From Antedon mediterranea (lineage: Eukaryota; Animalia; Echinodermata): 64,000 nucleotides of DNA. The stretch spans positions 23,138,070 through 23,202,069 of the forward strand of contig NC_092671.1 of NCBI RefSeq assembly GCF_964355755.1, written 5' to 3'. Below the pieces are notes generated by a model. It was given only the letters and a program-made list of their open reading frames with translations, searched no databases and was not told the origin of the DNA. The position numbers were made by a program, and so were the translations under genes. This document shows positions 50,615 through 64,000 of this stretch, piece after piece (the first letter of the stretch is position 1; each line of letters starts with the position of its first letter).

Positions 50615-56395
<5,781 letters not shown>

Positions 56396-57384
56396 TTATA
56401 TACTATACAGTACCATGGAGTAAATTCTAGAACTAACGCATGGCTTATCAAATTTTTCCCTTACCTATATGTACAGGTACTTGCATTCTTCCCATTTATT
56501 TTTTGTTTTACTTTTATTTATCTTTAGATTAAATTCTGATAATTTCTCGGTTACCTTTTTCTAGTTTTTTTTTTACGGCCATTGATTTTGTTATACATAC
56601 ACAAAGTATTCCTTCACTTTTAAAATTCTGTAAGCTCAAAAATTAAAGCAATACTGTATATGGAACTTTATTGTGTTAAGACTTTACAAAAATAAAAAAA
56701 CGAACAATGTGCTGTGTAAATATTAAGGGTGCGCATCAGAAAGTGACGCATGTCAAATAGGAGTAGATGAACTCTGTCAATCAGTCGGCAGTTTAAAACA
56801 TTTCAATGATAAAATATGAATTTGTAATTTATAAAAATAAGATGTGATGTATTGGAAAAAAACTACAGCTGCTTACGAACTTGAAATCAACACCAAAAAA
56901 TGCACATGCTGGTTGTAGTCAGCATAGATGATGCACATGGAAACTAATGAAAGTATAAAATAATACCAAACTATATTTTGGGTGTATTTTTCGTTGTGTA
57001 TTCTTTGATATTTTGTCTCAATTAGATCAAATAAAAAAGGGGACATAAATCAAATGAAAACATGACTTAAATCATACAAATGACCTCATATTATTTACAC
57101 ATGTTCCGTAATATTTGGATTCTTTTTGTGTGTGTTTATTTTTATTCATTTTTTATTTCACTGGTTTTTGATATTTTCAAATTATTTTTTTTTGTGGGAG
57201 TTTTGTTATCTTTTTTGCTACTTTTGTAATTAAATTGTGGTCTAGTTGATTTTTTTGCTTTAAGCGGTGATACTTATTATTTACACATTTCGCAGATTCA
57301 ATGTACTAAGCATTGATTTCAATGGCCACAGCGTTTTATTCTCTGAGCTAGCCATCATTTACGAAATTCATTCTGTTCAAAGAA

Positions 57385-58050
57385 TCTATATATAAATTTA
57401 TGAAAGGGCAAAAATCAGTAAATCGAACATTACTGCTAGAATTTTTACTCGATGGTATATAAAGTTGGTTCATAATTTCGGTACTGATTTTAACCACCTG
57501 ATGTAATCCTGTTTATTAATTAAATTGAGTTAGATAATTAGTTATAAACAATTAAAACAAATTTAGGTTGAACGATTTGCCCAAATAGGGGTGTTTTCCA
57601 ATCATGGTATACACTGCCTAATGGATGTCTATCTTGAAAAATGTCCGCATACAATAATACGAGGATGCTTTGCCTTTACCTATCTCCTTCTACAATGATG
57701 GTTTTTAATAGCTGAAAACCGGTTAAACAGAATTTCTTTAAAAAAATACTATTTTATTAAATGTAATATACGTTTATACAAACGCATTGCTTGTGGATGA
57801 ATGGAACTCTTTCTAAATATCAATTCCCTCAGGCATAATAAATCAGTGCCCAACCAATTCAAGAACACTCATAACAGAAATCAGATCCATTAAAAAAAAT
57901 CTGTGATTGCAAAGATGTGAAATGTATTTTTGCACAGATAATGAGCTAGCATTTTCGTTCGCCGTATATACAATCAACTTTATTACTGCAGTTCCAGCAC
58001 CACCAACACCACCACCCGCGAGCCAGTAGCCTTGTAAAGCCAGTACTTCT
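57385..58050 (+). mobile_element. 5' portion of a diverged Helitron copy
   Basis: A|TCTATATATAAATTTA start. It is colinear with about 39455-40170. Confidence 0.7.
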
Positions 58051-58549
58051 GTTATATCAATTGATCAGAAATATATATAGTAACACTGAAAATGCTAAAA
58101 ATTTTCAGTAGTGTAGTAAGTTGGTGAAATTGATAAGAAGAAATCCATAATATTTCATAATTATAGGGCGTAAGCAGTAGCTCAAAAAGGCCTAGAAAAT
58201 GGATTTTGTTTTAACGTTCAGGGTCTAGATATTTTAAAATAAACAAATTTCCCACACTATTTTCAAAAGTTCTCCACAAAATATCCAGTCAATTTCGAGC
58301 AATTGCCCCTCAAAGGGCAGAACTCAAAAACAGGACTTTTGGAGGTCTGGACAAATTTTTATGTAGTAAATAACTTTACAAATACTTCACCAAGTGTTAT
58401 TACATTTACCATGTGGGTAGTCAAGTGGATTGTTAACACATATCTAAAATTTAAAATTTAAAATCTATGTATTCTGTATGCGAGAAAAACTGAAAAATTT
58501 ATTTTATTTAGTCAATTTGAGACTTTTTGGGATTTTTGAGATTCATATA

Positions 58550-59625
58550 TCTTCTATATATAAATTTACGTAAGGGCAAAAATCGGTAAATCGTGCGTTA
58601 TTTCTTGAATGTTTACTCGATGGTATATAAAGTTGGTTCGTACTTTCGGTACTGATTTTAACCACCTGATGTAACCCTGTTTACTAATTAAATTGAGTTC
58701 GATTATTAGTTATTGACGATTAAAACGAATTTAGGTTCAACGATTTGCCCCAAATAGGGGTGTTTTCCGATCGTGGTATACACGGTCTAATGGATGTCAA
58801 TTTGAAAAATACCCGCACACAATAATACGAGGACACTTCGCATTTTCCTATCTCCTCCTACGATAATTGTTTTTAATAGCTGAAAACCGGTTGAACAGTT
58901 CGAGTACAGCATCATAATGTTGAAGACAGGCCGATTTTCTTTAAAAAATGCTATTTTGATACATGTAATATACGTTTTTACAAATGTATTGATTTGTGAT
59001 GAATGGAACATTCCAAATTATTTGGTTTAACCATAGAGGTATAGATTTAGATTTATGGGCCCCCTTGGAGAATAAACATAAATAGTATTGCAATGCTGTA
59101 CAATACTGTTAAGGTATTAACCACTTTTGATCGCAATTTGAATCGCAAATTTCTTACTGTGAGTGTTGGTACTGTTAGATATAATATAAACAAATATACA
59201 AATAAACTTTATTACTGTGAGTGTGGGTAGGCCCTACTGTTAGATTATAAACATATAATATACAAATAAATAAACGTTATTACTGACAGTTGCTTCTCAA
59301 CGTTTGTATTAATTAATAATTTAAAAATATATAAAGGTACGTAGTGGTGTATCGTTACATGTACTTTGCTATTTCAATCAACTATGACAGTGAGAGTTTT
59401 AACAAAGTATTAAATCGTAAATGTTTTACTGTATTTAGTGGTATATTATTTATAGGCCTATAAAATATTAAAAACAATATTTCGTTACTGAGTGGATAAG
59501 AATATATTTTAAAATGTTTCCTCTTTGTACCTATCTTCTTCCCCCATACCTCAACCCTTAATGTTACATACAAAACACAAATTGGGTTTGTTTAAATGAG
59601 TCCAAATAAAAAAATTTGACTCATT

Positions 59626-59662
<37 letters not shown>

Positions 59663-59865
59663 GTAATTCCCAGGGTGCTAATTTTAGCTGACTACATAAA
59701 TCATCGTGTATATTTATTCGTTTCTATAAATGACAATGTATTATAGTCCTGCAGTACGTACATTTGAAATCTCCATGTTTTTCTCGCTGGAAAATACTGT
59801 GTATTCGAGAACCATCTGTGGGCACGACCTAGATGGTACGCGAGCGAAGCGAGCGTGCCATCTAG
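58550..59865 (+). mobile_element. Non-autonomous Helitron
   Basis: A|TC 5' end, 3' hairpin, and CTAG|T at 59862-59866. No TSD. Confidence 0.85.
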
Positions 59866-61229
59866 TCATAAATAATTCACATACCATGTTTATATTTGTT
59901 GACTTCTTAAGAGGATTGGTAAACAGCATATGAAATTTGGTATTATAATCTTAAATAGGTTTTTATTGAGGAAGCTGCAAAAAGTGTGATTTTTTACAAA
60001 TTGTATAAATAATTTTGAAGTTTTGGCCATTTTTAAGGAGTGAAATAGCTTACCATATGTCTTTATATTCATGCATTGGATATTCTTGTTGGTTAGTGAC
60101 ACACTGGTGTACTTTCAGCGAGAACAAATTATTACACAATCAATCATTGTAAATTTAGTGTAAATTTAAAAACAGAACAAATGAATCCCTTTAGTAGCTA
60201 ACCTAGTTGTAATTGTTACTGTCATTATAAACATTGGCCAACATGTATTTAAATCATCATGGATGATATTTTTGTCTCAGATACTAATAGGTAAAGGTTG
60301 TTATACAGTACATACATAAAGCCTATACCAACACACACACAATAGTGCAATAACATTTAACTATCTGGTAATGAATAATATGATTTTTTATTTTCCACAA
60401 ATAAGATATAAAGTATTTTAATTATTAAAAATTGCTTTAAATATAATCAAACACTAATGAATTATAAATTTTATAGCAAATATAGTATACAACTTTATAG
60501 TAATAACTGTTGCTTCCAGTACTACAAACATAATATAACATTTAGAATACTGAATAAGCTTTAAAAACTATCTACCAAACAATATATATACACAATATAG
60601 CCCGAATACCTGATGTGAAAGGTTAGTTCTTCCAAAACTTGTTTGATTATTTTTCGTTTTTATTTTGAGTTTTTCTTACTTATTATATTCATCTCCAATG
60701 AGAGAGAGAAAACCAGCCGGTCACTGATATACCCACAGCATTGTCCGATCTGTTTTTCAGTAATTTTCATATTGGATTTGAATAATGTTCCATTATTTAC
60801 TAAGTTGAATGAATGTTTGGTTTATATAAAACATTTTTTAAAGTTTTAGGTTTTGAATAATTAATTAGCAGAGAAACATTAACATATCCAATATGTGATG
60901 CTTTTACTGTGCCAATGATTTTGGTCAAACCATGGATACATAGATTAGATATTCTCCATAGTCAAAATCATCCATTCAAGACTTGCCTCGTGCCTATTAG
61001 TTTCAAGAATATTTATATTTTTTGTCCTTAAGTCAGTTTTTCTGAAGTAGTGGTAGATTTGTTTTGCATTTGTGTCTCCTCGACCTACACAGCTATACAC
61101 AGTATATAGAAGTAAAAATAATGACAATAAAGTACCAATCAGTAAAATCATATTATCCTTTAATTACATAATTTATTATTTAGTTTATTTAGTATTATTA
61201 TTGAAGTGTGTTATACTTCATATGTTATG

Positions 61230-62808
61230 TTCATTGAGTTCTCCCAAGAAGATGTTTTTAAGCAACTCCGAGGTTTGAAAATCGATAAAAGTCCTGGTCC
61301 AGACAACATCCATCCATGTCTACTTAACAAGTGTGCTGAGGAGTTATCAGAACCCTTGTATCTTTTATTCAAGAAGTCTACAGAGGAAGGTAAACTACCA
61401 AAAATATGGAAACGAGCTGATGTCTCTCCGATCTTTAAGAAAGGCAGCAAATCACAAGCGTCCAATTATCGACCGATAAGCCTAACATGTATTATTTGCA
61501 AGATCTTTGAACATATTATTCGTAACAACATACTACGACATGTTAAGAACAATGCAATACTAACAACAGAGCAACATGGTTTTGTTGAGAAGAAATCATG
61601 TCTGACAAATCTTTTAGAATTTATGGAAGATGTTACTAAGGCTTTGGATGACAACAATAATGTTGATGTCATATTTTTGGACTATAGTAAAGCTTTCGAC
61701 AGCGTTCCTCATAGGAGATTACTCATGAAATTGGAGAGCTATGGAATCAAAGGTCAATTGTTATTATGGATTAAAGATTTTCTTGATAACAGACAACAAA
61801 GAGTCAAAGTGCGTCATGCTTCTTCCAGTTGGGCTGATGTAATTAGTGGAGTTCCACAAGGCTCGGTGTTGGGCCCTACATTGTTTGCATTATATATAAA
61901 TGACCTACCAAAGTATGTGTCTAGTCATATAAAGCTATTTGCTGATGATACAAAGATCTACTCAGTAGTTAACAACAGAAATGATGGGCAATTATTACAA
62001 GAATCTTTAAACAATGCACTGCAGTGGAGTAAAGAATGGATGTTGGCTTTTAATAAAAGCAAATGCATGGTGATGCACTTTGGGCATTCAAATGTTCATT
62101 TTAAATACCAAATAGATGAAGTTGAACTGGAAACAGTTGAGAAAATAAAGGACCTAGGAGTACTAATTACTAATGACTGTAAACCAAGCCAACACTGCGC
62201 CAAAGTATCTCAGCGGGCCATGAACTGTTTAAGAAGCATCAGAAGGACTTTCGTATATATGGATAAGGATTGTTTTAACGTCATCTACAAGCATTATGTA
62301 CGCCCACATCTCGAATTTTGTGTTCAAGTATGGAATCCGTATCTTCAAAAGGACATAAATGTAATTGAAAGAGTACAACGTCGTGCGACTAAATTAGTTC
62401 CATGTATCCGTTCATATTCATATGAAGATCGTTTAAAGTTTCTTGGCCTAACAACCTTGTATGACAGAAGAATTCGAGGTGACCTGATTGAAGCATATAA
62501 AATTGTTAAAGGTTTCGAGGGTGTAGCCAAGGATGACTTTTTCCAAATGAGAAGTAACATTAGCAGAATTACTCGAGGGCATCACCTGAGATTTTTCAAG
62601 CCTACTTTCCATAAAGGATTGAACTGTAGAAGACATACCTTCTCGCAACGAGTAATAAACCATTGGAACAGTTTACCAGCTGACGTTGTCAATTCTGAGA
62701 CCGCTAATACCTTCAAGAATCGCATCGACACAATGTAGTTGATATGGGGTTTAAAAAGGCACATCGCCTAAACTTTCCCATTATAACTAAACTAAACTAA
62801 ACTAAACT
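61230..62808 (+). mobile_element. 5'-truncated CR1 LINE with intact RT region
   Basis: Uninterrupted ORF to 62738 (KSPGPDNIHP, NYRPISLT, LDYSKAFDSVPH, GVPQGSVLGP, FADD, RPHLEF, RRIRGDLI). (CTAAA)n tail near 62786-62808. Confidence 0.92.
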
Positions 62809-64000
62809 CATCTACTTTTTAATACTAAATACTAAAAGCTAAGCTTTTGTTGTGAAATAATAAAAGCTTATTGAAATTGAATAAAAAAAATAGTGTGGTA
62901 CACATATATAGCCCACATCTTAAGGATGCCACCTAGATGTAGCCTGGTTTGTTTAGGCCTAAAACTAGGCCAACAATCTGCATTGTCCACTAAATAGTAA
63001 TAATACTACTAGCCTAGGCCTAGAAGTACCATTAACTCTTTTTTTTCTCAACAGAGGCCTAAGCACTACTACTAACAAAGAGTTTATAGGTCTAGCCTAT
63101 TGCTATTCTCACCTGTTTTGTATGGTTTGCTTGCAAATATTAATCATCTGTTTATAATTGTCGGTATGACTGCCGTTATTACACCCAGCATTATTAGCCT
63201 AGAGTAGTATGCTGCTGCCCCTCTCAGAACCATAATCATACACCATGTTGAGAAGGAAACAATTTTCATACAAGCATACCATCTTATTTTGCTGAAAATG
63301 TCCGTTTACAACGTTTGTTTAAGTAGCAAAATAAACCAAACTCCTCGACTCGCGAAGGATACATGCACTGCTGCACTCTGTGTGTTTTGGGGGTTTCCCC
63401 AATCTGTAATCATAATATGATTGGTGAAATACCCTCACATGGTACATATTTTTGGACGTTCTGGATAATTTTGAACATGTTTCCTTCGCGGGACCAAATC
63501 GCTCACGCCGATACATCGCGATGTATATCAAAATAGAGTACCTTCTAGAAATTCTAGACCCCTAACACTGGAACGAGATAAAACGATACGATTTATTGCT
63601 TATAGCCTATTATGAAGATAGATAGACACGAATGTGACAGCCCGATACCATGCATCAATAAACAAAATTCAAGTCTACAGTTTATTTTTTAATTTATCTC
63701 ATCATCCCGATCGAACAAACCCCATTTCATTTTATAATAAAAATATACAGAGATGAATTGGTCAGGGACTGATAAAGTAGGCTAAATAAGATTACGATAA
63801 CTGCAAGACTCAGCAGTCCCATGATCTCAAATAAAATAAATTTATCATAAACTATATATTTATTAAACAATTTTCACAATGACCCTACTCAAGTGAGGCA
63901 AATCTATCCATTTGTTTCACTGCTGAGGCCTTGGCCGAGTTTACACCTTTGGCAGGAATAGCTTCTGGTTCAAATGCATAACCATGACTTTCTGGTGTAG

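Noticed and set aside
60945-63290. Further TANC exons
   Set aside because: Splice-like sites exist, but no frame resembles ankyrin repeats and all frames tested contain stops.

Overview
AT-rich animal genomic DNA, probably from a marine invertebrate (inferred from spliceosomal introns and the transposon mix). Most of the window is nested transposable elements: LINEs (RTE-X-, Rex/Babar-, L2/Crack- and CR1-like), a Penelope fragment, Kolobok-, hAT-, piggyBac-, Tc1/pogo- and Mutator-like non-autonomous elements, and Helitron/Helentron families. The only clear host gene is the 3' part of a TANC1/2-like ankyrin-TPR gene (five exons, minus strand, 50615-56344). The standout is a 4867-bp element at 33098-37964 with Polinton/Maverick-type ends: AGTAGT start, 104-bp TIRs whose inner 95 bp are identical, a 6-bp TSD (TACATA) and a subterminal 60-bp tandem array. 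It shows no polymerase, integrase or capsid genes. Instead it carries a 182-aa Cys/His protein and a three-exon, apparently intact 469-aa gene fusing two PC4-like ssDNA-binding domains to an ALKBH2-type DNA-repair dioxygenase. It is itself nested inside other TIR elements. All family assignments are by eye and by recalled consensus; no database searches were run.
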